Source of the DNA: Candidatus Saccharimonadota bacterium
GTDB lineage: Bacteria > Patescibacteriota > Saccharimonadia > Saccharimonadales > SLHW01
Direction of reading: 5' to 3'
NCBI GenBank assembly: GCA_007135955.1
Contig: SLHW01000025.1
Span: forward strand, 1-36,328
DNA: 36,328 bases
The notes beneath the pieces are model-generated. The model saw only the letters and a program-made list of their open reading frames with translations, was not told the DNA's origin and did no database searches. Position 1 is the first letter of the stretch. Every line of letters begins with the position of its first letter. Shown here piece after piece: positions 1-6,813 of this stretch. The position numbers were made by a program, and so were the translations under genes.

Positions 1-311
1 AGGCTTTAGCTTACGGGGAGTTGATGCGCGGCAACTCGCGATTGCATACCTGAAATTCTATGAGTTCAGTAGCATGCAGTCTCTTCACAAAATATTGCAA
101 CGTGAGCTGAAATAAGAAAACAGCTACTCGGGACCATTGTAATTGAATAAGTAAAGCCATACCATATGCCACTTAGAATAGTTTGGTTGGCGTCCTATTT
201 CTCCAGCCAAAAAGCAACCAATAGAAATTGACCGTATTGTTATGCTATTGCCTATTTCCTCCCCAAAGACTATTAATCAACGAAAACGAACGAGCTCAGC
301 TGTAGCCCAGC

Positions 312-653
312 TTACTTGTTGATCATTGCTTCGACAGACTGTACTGTCCTGACTAAAATAGCAGGCGAAGCCTTTTCAATAAATGATGCTTTTCGTGCGC
401 GCACGTCAATACTTCGCACATGAATTGGCAATATTGCACCCGTAGTTTTGGTTTGCTCCAATATGATCTCGAATGGCATTCCTTTTACTTTCGAGGTAAT
501 AGGACAGATGACTGCTAAGCCAGTTCTTTCAGCAAATATTTTAGGTGAAATGACCAAAGCTGGGCGACGACCTGACTGTTCGTGACCGACGCGAGGGTCA
601 AGAATAAGCCAAATAATGTCGCCCCTGTTGGGCACAAAGTCTACTTTACTCAT
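312..653 (-). CDS. mazF: MazF/PemK-family type II toxin (mRNA interferase)
   Basis: Track ORF 312..665. The motif GDIIWLILDPRVGHEQSGRRPALVIS and the PITSKVKGMPFE core are typical of PemK/MazF. The ATG at 653 overlaps the antitoxin stop (ATGAGTAA); the track start at 665 is a GTG alternative. Confidence 0.9.
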   Translation of the reverse strand: MSKVDFVPNRGDIIWLILDPRVGHEQSGRRPALVISPKIFAERTGLAVICPITSKVKGMPFEIILEQTKTTGAILPIHVRSIDVRARKASFIEKASPAILVRTVQSVEAMINK

Positions 654-900
654 ATTGCTCTGCACCTATATCTTCGCCCCAGTCTATTTCGCCGTTAATT
701 TTATCTGGGCTAACGCCCTTCAACAGAGCGTCAATGGATATTGCCGACGAATCGGTTATGGGTGTTAGAATGACAGACTTATCTTTTATGGTTACTTCTA
801 GAGGCTGATTAATTTTTAGCTGGGCTGCCTCTACAACTTTTTTTGGCAGTCTAACACCAGTTCCGTTTCCCCACTTTTGCAACGATTGAGTGATATTCAT
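646..900 (-). CDS. mazE: MazE/AbrB (SpoVT-AbrB fold) type II antitoxin
   Basis: Track ORF 646..945. MNITQSLQKWGNGTGVRLPKKVV is the AbrB/MazE swapped-hairpin motif. The ATG at 900 is preceded by GGAGG (rc of 909-913), so I discount the 15 upstream codons. The stop overlaps the mazF start. Confidence 0.85.
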   Translation of the reverse strand: MNITQSLQKWGNGTGVRLPKKVVEAAQLKINQPLEVTIKDKSVILTPITDSSAISIDALLKGVSPDKINGEIDWGEDIGAEQYE

Positions 901-915
901 ATATAATACCTCCTT

Positions 916-952
916 GTATATACAAGTATATACATATCCTTGCAACTGTCAA
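916..952 (-). promoter_or_regulatory. mazEF promoter with tandem palindromic operator
   Basis: The - strand reads TTGACA (947-952), 16 nt, TATACT (925-930). Two self-complementary octamers GTATATAC (916-923 and 926-933) are separated by 2 nt and overlap the -10, the expected position for MazE autoregulation. Confidence 0.6.
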
Positions 953-970
953 GTCTATTTAGGTTTCGAT

Positions 971-995
971 GGATTCGAATCCCTCCGCCCCAGCA
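971..995 (+). other. tRNA 3'-end remnant A (T-loop, 3' T-stem, 3' acceptor strand); no 5' half
   Basis: GGA TTCGAAT CCCTC CGCCCCA G CA. The T-loop is canonical, followed by 5 nt, 7 nt and a discriminator G. The complementary 5' T-stem (GAGGG) and 5' acceptor strand (TGGGGCG) are absent upstream. Confidence 0.55.
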
Positions 996-1056
996 AGGAA
1001 TAAAATAGCTGAACTATTAACCCTCAGATATAACTCATAACTTGTGTTGAGGCTGA

Positions 1057-1362
1057 CTAGCGTAGTTTTATCTCTTCTTTATTCTCAGCAAAATCATGAA
1101 GCACAGCGCCAACTAGGGTTTGGTAAGGGATATTGCTGCGCTTAGCCTTGGCTTTGATTTTAATCAAGTCAGTTTGCTTGACCCTGATAGTGATGGGCTT
1201 TGAGGTATTGAGTTGAATATATTGCCGGGCAGCATCTTCAATAAGCTGCTTACTCTCTGTAAGATCAGGCGCACTTACGTACTCATCGAACGCGTTTTCA
1301 ATGGTCTGCTCCTCCTCATCTAAAATTAGTCCTTTAAATGGATCTTGTGGTGTATCTGACAT
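1057..1362 (-). CDS. brnA: BrnA-like (CopG/RHH-type) antitoxin
   Basis: 101 aa. The C-terminal RHH-like segment is ITIRVKQTDLIKIKAKAKRSNIPYQTLVGAVLHDF. It has a TAATG overlap with the upstream small toxin gene, and the toxin-first order is typical of BrnTA. Confidence 0.6.
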   Translation of the reverse strand: MSDTPQDPFKGLILDEEEQTIENAFDEYVSAPDLTESKQLIEDAARQYIQLNTSKPITIRVKQTDLIKIKAKAKRSNIPYQTLVGAVLHDFAENKEEIKLR

Positions 1363-1649
1363 TACGATTCTCCTTTCTTAATATATTGCTTAGTATATCT
1401 TCGACTTGGATAAATTGTTTTTAAAAAAATCTCTGCTTTTTTTGTATTAATAATGTACGGTACAACGTATGCATATATATCAATCCGGACAATATAAATT
1501 CGTTGATGCGACTTGCTTGGGTCGGGGTGGTGCTTATCGTCTAGGAGTCCACCTTCAGCAACACAAGTGATAATTTCCTCGAAGCTAATTCCCCGTGTGG
1601 CCTTCAATATTTGATTTTTTTCTTCGCTGTATGTTAGCTTGAAAGCCAT
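1362..1649 (-). CDS. brnT: BrnT-like (DUF497) ribonuclease toxin
   Basis: 95 aa. EEKNQILKATRGISFEEI ... IFLKTIYPSRRYTKQY matches my recollection of the BrnT pattern (KN..N..KHG.SFEEA ... ISAR.A...E..Y). It is the first gene of a two-gene overlapping cassette. Confidence 0.6.
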   Translation of the reverse strand: MAFKLTYSEEKNQILKATRGISFEEIITCVAEGGLLDDKHHPDPSKSHQRIYIVRIDIYAYVVPYIINTKKAEIFLKTIYPSRRYTKQYIKKGES

Positions 1650-1655
1650 AAGGAA

Positions 1656-1690
1656 AATATAGCAAAATGTACACTATTTGTCAATACATT
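1656..1690 (-). promoter_or_regulatory. brnTA promoter (probably leaderless) plus inverted repeat
   Basis: The - strand reads TTGACA (1679-1684), 17 nt, TATATT (1656-1661), with only 6 nt (ttcctt) before the ATG at 1649 and no SD. The inverted repeat AATGTA (1666-1671) / TACATT (1685-1690) spans the -35 and spacer. Confidence 0.6.
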
Positions 1691-1705
1691 TAGTATGTCC
1701 TACTG

Positions 1706-1733
1706 ATGGGTTCGGGTCCCTTAGCCTCAGCCA
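1706..1733 (+). other. tRNA 3'-end remnant B with encoded CCA
   Basis: ATGGG TTCGGGT CCCTT AGCCTCA G CCA. The shape is T-arm plus acceptor 3' strand plus discriminator G plus CCA. The T-loop is degenerate (G at the A58 position), and no 5' acceptor strand (TGAGGCT) occurs upstream. Confidence 0.45.
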
Positions 1734-1742
1734 AGTTCCAGG

Positions 1743-2006
1743 CTATTTTCTGTACACTTCACGCCTGTGTTGGACGTGTAATATGACTATATTACTAGCC
1801 TCAATGTCGAAAAGTATGCGATAGGATCCTACTCGAAACCTGTATTGTGCATCAGCAGGCTTTGTTAAAGATGTGGCAAAATCTAAGGGTTTTTCTTGCT
1901 CGGCAAACGACTCTAACTTTGTCTCCAATCGTTTCTTAACTTGCTGCGGAAGCTTCTGGATGTCTTTAACTGCCTGTTTTTTATACAGCAAGCCATACTT
2001 ATTCAT
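1743..2006 (-). CDS. relE: RelE/ParE-family type II toxin
   Basis: 87 aa. The pattern KKQAVKDIQKLPQQVKKRLETKL ... YRFRVGSYRILFDIEASNIVILHVQHRREVY is the RelE/ParE plasmid-stabilisation signature. It has a TAATG overlap with the upstream antitoxin. Confidence 0.85.
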   Translation of the reverse strand: MNKYGLLYKKQAVKDIQKLPQQVKKRLETKLESFAEQEKPLDFATSLTKPADAQYRFRVGSYRILFDIEASNIVILHVQHRREVYRK

Positions 2007-2248
2007 TAAAGATCTCCGAAAACATCTTCGTGGCTAAAATATTCATCGCTTTCACGAGCTTCTTTGATTCGGGCCAAATATTCCGGGTCACTAACAGCAA
2101 GAAGATCCTCGAGTCTATCTAGGTCAATAATGGCTCGTTCTTTCTTGCCACGTCGGGTAACAATGAGGATATCTTCATTATTTACAGCATCAAGTGCATC
2201 TGCTAATCTTTTTCTTAAGTCTGATGCGGAAATTGTTTTTGAACTCAT
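2006..2248 (-). CDS. Phd/YefM-family antitoxin
   Basis: 80 aa. The N-terminus ISASDLRKRLADALDAVNNEDILIVTRRGKKERAII resembles Phd/YefM. The position immediately upstream of relE supports the call. Confidence 0.85.
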   Translation of the reverse strand: MSSKTISASDLRKRLADALDAVNNEDILIVTRRGKKERAIIDLDRLEDLLAVSDPEYLARIKEARESDEYFSHEDVFGDL

Positions 2249-2272
2249 ATTCAGTACTTCCTTTCAATTTAA

Positions 2273-2314
2273 TTGTACATTATGATTGTACTATCGTGTT
2301 GTACTTTTTGTCAA
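2273..2314 (-). promoter_or_regulatory. phd-relE promoter with three phased TTGTAC operator repeats
   Basis: The - strand reads TTGACA (2309-2314), 18 nt, TACAAT (2285-2290). TTGTAC occurs on the + strand at 2273, 2286 and 2299, exactly 13 bp apart. A GTAC core is the known YefM-type operator motif (TGTACA). Confidence 0.6.
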
Positions 2315-2503
2315 GAATCGCGTACTGCTCATCGATAATTCTTTGTCATCTACGAACAGTTCTTTGATTTCCTCAATACTTAACCCTGGGTCATATTCAG
2401 CGGCATAAAAAGTTCTATTATCGTACTTCCACGCCAGCTGTAATAGGCTTGAAGCAATTCACATCATTAATTCATCTATTTAGTTGAGTGGTATAATAAC
2501 GTC

Positions 2504-2752
2504 ATGGATGATGATCAATTCACAAAACTATTCAGATACATTGAAGAATTTCGCAGTGAGGTAAATACTAAACTTGACGAAAAAGCATCTCAGTCTAGTA
2601 TGGAACAGCTCGTAAGCACCATCGATGGTTTTGTAAAAAGGATTGATGATAATGAAATAGAACAAGCGTCTCGTGATATGCAATTTGAGCGACTTTTAGA
2701 ATGGGCTCGTAAAGTATCTGAAAAGACTGGTATATCAATAAAGGATTTATAG
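2504..2752 (+). CDS. Hypothetical small coiled-coil protein
   Basis: 82-aa charged, helical ORF. An extended -10, TGgTATAAT (2489-2497), lies 6 nt before the ATG, and there is no SD. Confidence 0.55.
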   Translation: MDDDQFTKLFRYIEEFRSEVNTKLDEKASQSSMEQLVSTIDGFVKRIDDNEIEQASRDMQFERLLEWARKVSEKTGISIKDL

Positions 2753-2763
2753 ATCGAAGCCAA

Positions 2764-2786
2764 TTCGAGTCCTTCCTCTCCAGAGC
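2764..2786 (+). other. tRNA 3'-end remnant C
   Basis: TTCGAGT CCTTC CTCTCCA G AGC. A canonical T-loop is followed by the 3' T-stem, the 3' acceptor strand and a discriminator G. The 5' T-stem (GAAGG) is not present upstream. Confidence 0.5.
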
Positions 2787-2819
2787 AAAAAAGGTCAGTG
2801 AAACTATCAGAGACTGACC
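2787..2819 (-). terminator. Rho-independent terminator downstream of rnk
   Basis: The - strand reads GGTCAGT-ctctgatagtttc-ACTGACC followed by TTTTTT (the A-run at 2787-2792 on +). The stem is 7 bp and perfect. Confidence 0.6.
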
Positions 2820-2942
2820 CATAGCTAAACGGTTGCTCGTTTTGCCGTATCGTCCTTTACTCAGATAACTACTAACCAACAGCAAGCTCAAACTACTGTC
2901 AAAATCGATAAACTATTTACTTTCTAGGTGGCGAAACATTTG

Positions 2943-3338
2943 CTATAAATCGAATTTTCCTTCGCGCTCTGGTTGATGGATTACTTCTTTCACTGTTAAA
3001 TCTTTTCTACCCTGTGGAGTATGGAGAGTTATTGCATCACCAATCTTATACCCAAGTAACGCACAGCCGATTGGTGAAAGTACCGATATCTTCCCTTGGC
3101 TTATATCAGCATCTTCAGGAAATACTAACCAGTACTTCAGTTCTTTTTGAGTTTCGTCGGTAAATTTTACCAGAGAATTCATAGTTATTGCGTCCTCTGG
3201 TATATCTTTTGGCTCGACGATTTTGCCTTTTTTCAGTTCAGCAAGTAGGGCTCTGTCAAAATCATCAAGAGTCTTTTTTTTGCCGATTAATTTTGTAAGT
3301 CTGTCATAGTCAAATTTGGTGATGAAAATCTTAGTCAT
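2943..3338 (-). CDS. rnk: Rnk / GreA-GreB C-terminal-domain protein (regulator of nucleoside diphosphate kinase)
   Basis: 131 aa. It has a GreA/B C-terminal FKBP-like motif (KISVLSPIGCALLGYKIGDAITLHTPQG) and a short N-terminal region, which is the Rnk architecture. A GGAG RBS is present. Confidence 0.8.
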   Translation of the reverse strand: MTKIFITKFDYDRLTKLIGKKKTLDDFDRALLAELKKGKIVEPKDIPEDAITMNSLVKFTDETQKELKYWLVFPEDADISQGKISVLSPIGCALLGYKIGDAITLHTPQGRKDLTVKEVIHQPEREGKFDL

Positions 3339-3520
3339 ATCGATACTCCTTTGTCTTTCATTGTTGCCATATAGCTTTTAGCGAATTGCTGACTTGGAAA
3401 ATGAGTAGTGGGCAATGCTCACATACACTTAAAGTCACTAATGTTACTACTGTTTATCTTATCATCAAAAAAGTATTTTTTGAAGAAGTGCTAGTCTTGT
3501 AGATTTTTGACTTGTTTATT

Positions 3521-3541
3521 TAATGTAAATGGTTTACATTA
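3521..3541 (+). promoter_or_regulatory. Perfect 9-3-9 palindrome, candidate Fur-family operator
   Basis: TAATGTAAA tgg TTTACATTA directly upstream of the fur-family start. TACATT (3535-3540), inside the right arm, lies 6 nt before the ATG at 3547. Confidence 0.55.
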
Positions 3542-3546
3542 TTGTT

Positions 3547-3939
3547 ATGGTTCAACGACAGACAAAATATACCAGAGCAGTAAGTGACGCTGTGGCTCGC
3601 CAAGGCCATACTACCAATCAGGCAATCCGTCACGATCTGCACAAGCAAGACATTATCGTGAGCGACACAACCACTCATCGAGTAACGCAACGACTACAGC
3701 AATCAGGCATAATCCGCGAGGCACCAAAAACCAAGGATGGTGTGATGCGATTTGACAGCAACACCGCTCAACACGACCACTTCATATGTAAATCGTGTGA
3801 TGGAATTCGTGATATTTCAATTAGTGAACAGATAAAACCCCTGCTCGCAGAGCAACTTGATGGCTGCAAAGTTAGTGGCAACCTAGTGATTTATGGATCG
3901 TGCAATACGTGTAGTAAAAAAACGAAAGGAACAACATGA
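3547..3939 (+). CDS. Fur-family metalloregulator (Fur/Zur/PerR type)
   Basis: Track ORF 3529..3939. The winged-helix part is TTTHRVTQRLQQSGII. The metal sites are HDHFICKSCDG and GSCNTC. I prefer the ATG at 3547 because the ATG at 3529 lies inside the palindrome. Confidence 0.8.
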   Translation: MVQRQTKYTRAVSDAVARQGHTTNQAIRHDLHKQDIIVSDTTTHRVTQRLQQSGIIREAPKTKDGVMRFDSNTAQHDHFICKSCDGIRDISISEQIKPLLAEQLDGCKVSGNLVIYGSCNTCSKKTKGTT

Positions 3940-4394
3940 AAGCAATACTAATAAGCTTACTAAGCCTCGGCATACTCATTGGAGTATTCGCCACATCCTC
4001 TAGCCCAGAATCGGCCCAGCAAGCCACTAATGCAAACCGTGATGTGACCTATGCGTCAGTCTTGAGTGCCGTTGATGATGGCGCTGCTTTTGTTGATGTT
4101 CGTACGCCAGCAGAATATTATGAAAGTCACTACGTCGGCGCAGAGCTATTCCCTCTCCAGGAGCTCCAGCAAGGCAAATTGCCAGCATACGACACCGATA
4201 CACCACTTTATGTGTACTGTCGCAGTGGCAATCGAACGAAAGAAGCAGCTGCTGTATTACGTCGAGCTGGTTATGAAGTTATCGACCTTGGTGGACTTCA
4301 GGATGTGGGAGCTATTGGTGGGGAGCTTACTCGCGACACGTGCCCACTCGGCGACGCTCAACTGTGTATTAACCAGTTCTCTGTTGACGGCTAA
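3936..4394 (+). CDS. Exported or membrane-anchored rhodanese-domain sulfurtransferase
   Basis: 152 aa with an N-terminal hydrophobic signal or anchor. The rhodanese active-site loop is YVYCRSGNRT. It has an ATGA overlap with the fur-family gene. Confidence 0.85.
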   Translation: MKAILISLLSLGILIGVFATSSSPESAQQATNANRDVTYASVLSAVDDGAAFVDVRTPAEYYESHYVGAELFPLQELQQGKLPAYDTDTPLYVYCRSGNRTKEAAAVLRRAGYEVIDLGGLQDVGAIGGELTRDTCPLGDAQLCINQFSVDG

Positions 4395-4598
4395 GGACAA
4401 ATTGTCATCCTATCATAAGTTACTGCAAGCACCGCTATTTCAATGCTCCATATCAAAAACTAGCGAAATAGGTCATCTAGGCAGATGGCAGGAATAAAAC
4501 CTGAGCAAGCCGTGAGTTTCATCATCAAAACTTCTCGATTTGAGTAGTACAATAGACAAGTACTGCCCAACTAACTCAACAAAGGAGCCACCCCAGCC

Positions 4599-4832
4599 AT
4601 GAAAAAGATTACTATGTACACTACCCCAACCTGTGTATTTTGCCCAGCAATTAAGCAGTTTCTAAGTAAGAACGATATTACTTACACCGAAATAGATGTC
4701 AGCAAAGACGAAGCAGCGCTCGAAGAGATGAAAAATATTTCTGGTCAGATGAGTGTTCCAGTAACGGTTATCGGTGATGAGGTAATCACCGGATACGACA
4801 AAAAGAAGCTACAGAAAGCGCTCGACGCCTAA
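4599..4832 (+). CDS. Glutaredoxin-like protein (NrdH/YruB type, CVFC active site)
   Basis: 77 aa. MYTTPTCVFCPAIKQFL ... VPVTVIGDEVITGYD is the Grx fold. A GGAG RBS is present, and there is a TAATG overlap with trxB. Confidence 0.8.
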   Translation: MKKITMYTTPTCVFCPAIKQFLSKNDITYTEIDVSKDEAALEEMKNISGQMSVPVTVIGDEVITGYDKKKLQKALDA

Positions 4833-5722
4833 TGTACGACGTCATAATTATCGGCGGTGGACCAGCTGGAATAACTGCTGGCATATACGCTGCCCGGAAA
4901 AAACTAAAGACCTTGCTATTAACGCGAGACTTCATCGGTCAAGTTGGACTAACAGGCCCCATCGAAAACTGGCCCGGTGAGCCACGAATTAAGGGCGCCG
5001 ATCTTATCAATCAGTTCGAGGAGCACCTGCGCAAACACACGCTCGATATAATCGAAGAAGAAGTTTCAGTAATCGAAAAAGACGATGTCTTTCGTATCAC
5101 AACCGAATCAGGTGAGAAAATGGCACGAACGGTTTTACTGGCGACTGGTAGAACGCCACGCTTCCTCGAGGTTCCTGGCGAGCAAGAATATATCGGCAAG
5201 GGTGTCGTCTACTGTGCAACCTGCGACGCGCCAGTCTATCAAAACAAGAAGGTGGTTGTCGTTGGTGGTGGCAATAACGGACTGTCTTCAGCAATCGAGC
5301 TAACTGATTACGCTAGCGAGGTAACCCTGCTAGAGATACAAGATAGCTGTCCAGCTGATGAGCTGCTGCAAGAGCGAGCTCGGGACAAAGGCGTGACTAT
5401 ACGAACTAATCAAACCATTACAAAAATATCCGGTGATGACTATGTGAGCGAAGTGGAGCTACGGGACGGATCGTCGATGCAAGTTGATGGTGTGTTTGTT
5501 GAAATTGGCTCGCTACCAAACTCTTCGGTTGCGCCAGCCTCTATCAAGCGCAACAAACTAAACGAAATCGAGATTGATCAGTACTCCTGTGCAACAAACC
5601 TAGACGGTTTTTATGCTGCTGGTGATGTAACCAATATCAAGGATAAACAAATAGTCACCGCTACCGGCGAAGGCGCAAAAGCTGCACTGTCGATATACTC
5701 ATACCTACGTAACTTAGAATAA
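4832..5722 (+). CDS. trxB: Thioredoxin-disulfide reductase, low-Mr type
   Basis: 296 aa. The FAD motif is IIIGGGPAG, the redox centre is CATCDAP, the second dinucleotide motif is VVVGGGNNG, and the C-terminal motif is GDVT. Confidence 0.85.
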   Translation: MYDVIIIGGGPAGITAGIYAARKKLKTLLLTRDFIGQVGLTGPIENWPGEPRIKGADLINQFEEHLRKHTLDIIEEEVSVIEKDDVFRITTESGEKMARTVLLATGRTPRFLEVPGEQEYIGKGVVYCATCDAPVYQNKKVVVVGGGNNGLSSAIELTDYASEVTLLEIQDSCPADELLQERARDKGVTIRTNQTITKISGDDYVSEVELRDGSSMQVDGVFVEIGSLPNSSVAPASIKRNKLNEIEIDQYSCATNLDGFYAAGDVTNIKDKQIVTATGEGAKAALSIYSYLRNLE

Positions 5723-5805
5723 TTAGCCGCCTAAGCTTAACTAAAAAAGCACTACTATCAACGCGAAATAAGGTGTATTATCCAGCTTAAGGCTAATAAC
5801 ATACA

Positions 5806-6792
5806 ATGAACCTACTGATACTTCTATTTCTCTTGGCGGTTGGAATCTTTTTACTGATTCGATCAAGCGGATATCTCATTTCCGCACTGTCTGCAATCTC
5901 TAAGCAGTTGCATTTGTCGAAGTTTGTTATTTCGTTTTTGTTACTGTCGTTAGCAACCAGCTTGCCCGAACTTAGCGTTGGCATAAATGCGGCTATTGCC
6001 AAAGAGTCCGTTCTATCTCTCGGGGATGTACTTGGCACCAATATCGTCAACATCGCACTCATCCTCGGGCTAGTCGCCATTATTGGTGGTGGCATTAAAG
6101 TGCAGGACTATCATAGCTTCAAGCAAATTAGACTCATCACGCTCGTTATCGTAGTTGCACCCTTTTTGCTCTTGCTTGATGGTACGTTGTCGCGACTTGA
6201 TGGAGTATTGCTACTTGGCTTGTTCGTGTTTCGACTATGGCTGTTTGCAAAAGACAATGGCTACATCGAATCGGCATACCATTTGCATCTATCTGACAAA
6301 AACCACTCCCCTTCAGCTACCGCCAAGAAAAAACTTATGCACCAATTTATACGGTTTTTCATCAGCGCAGTGGTCTTGATAGGATCCGCCTACCTGGTGG
6401 TCAGCTCAGTCGTTGGCATGTCTGAACTACTTGGCGTCTCTAGTTTTGTGATTGGTCTGTTTGTCGTTGCTATCGGAACTAGTTTGCCTGAGCTAATGAT
6501 CGGCCTACGCAGTGTTAGCTCGCACAGCGAGTCAATTTCAGTCGGCAATATCTTTGGCGCGATTACCATCAATGCTAGTTTAGTGCTCGGGATTGTGGCC
6601 ATCATCCATCCGATTCAAGTAGAATCTTTTGCTCAATACCTGGTGCCAGCAGTAGTGACACTGCTCTCAATTAGCCTGGTGTATTGGTTCTTAAGGTCTA
6701 AACACACTATCACTCGCCCGCAAGGATTGCTACTTATCGCTGTGTATATAGCCTTCATAATCATTCAGGCCCAATCCGGCGTCGGTTTTTAG
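5806..6792 (+). CDS. CaCA-family cation/Ca2+ exchanger (YrbG-like)
   Basis: 328-aa polytopic protein. It has two alpha-repeat signatures, ATSLPELSVG and GTSLPELMIG. Confidence 0.85.
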   Translation: MNLLILLFLLAVGIFLLIRSSGYLISALSAISKQLHLSKFVISFLLLSLATSLPELSVGINAAIAKESVLSLGDVLGTNIVNIALILGLVAIIGGGIKVQDYHSFKQIRLITLVIVVAPFLLLLDGTLSRLDGVLLLGLFVFRLWLFAKDNGYIESAYHLHLSDKNHSPSATAKKKLMHQFIRFFISAVVLIGSAYLVVSSVVGMSELLGVSSFVIGLFVVAIGTSLPELMIGLRSVSSHSESISVGNIFGAITINASLVLGIVAIIHPIQVESFAQYLVPAVVTLLSISLVYWFLRSKHTITRPQGLLLIAVYIAFIIIQAQSGVGF

Positions 6793-6813
6793 GCCAATAG
6801 TGACGGGCCTTGC

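Noticed and set aside
2-115. Open frame running in from the left edge (GFSLRGVDARQLAIAYLKFYEFSSMQSLHKILQRELK, stop at 113-115), possibly the 3' end of a + strand gene.
   Set aside because: It has only 37 codons and no recognisable motif. It could easily be chance and cannot be supported without the upstream sequence.
2292-2452. Minus-strand open frame without a start codon (…LLQLAWKYDNRTFYAAEYDPGLSIEEIKELFVDDKELSMSSTRFLTKSTTR*) that runs into the phd-relE promoter. It might be a gene truncated by cassette insertion.
   Set aside because: It has no start codon, no RBS and no family signature I can name. It is too short to call a pseudogene from sequence alone.
2595-2891. A 98-aa minus-strand ORF spanning the end of the 2504..2752 gene, tRNA remnant C and the rnk terminator.
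   Set aside because: It crosses a terminator hairpin and a tRNA-like remnant, and it is antisense to a better-supported ORF. The sequence looks like frame noise.
3468-3482. An A6-GTA-T6 palindrome in the rnk/fur divergent spacer.
   Set aside because: It is a pure A/T stem with no stable structure and no obvious relation to either promoter.
6791-6810. A short hairpin, AGGCC-N10-GGCCT, between the convergent CaCA and sipW genes, a possible bidirectional terminator.
   Set aside because: The stem is only 5 bp and no U-tract follows on either strand. It is too weak to annotate.
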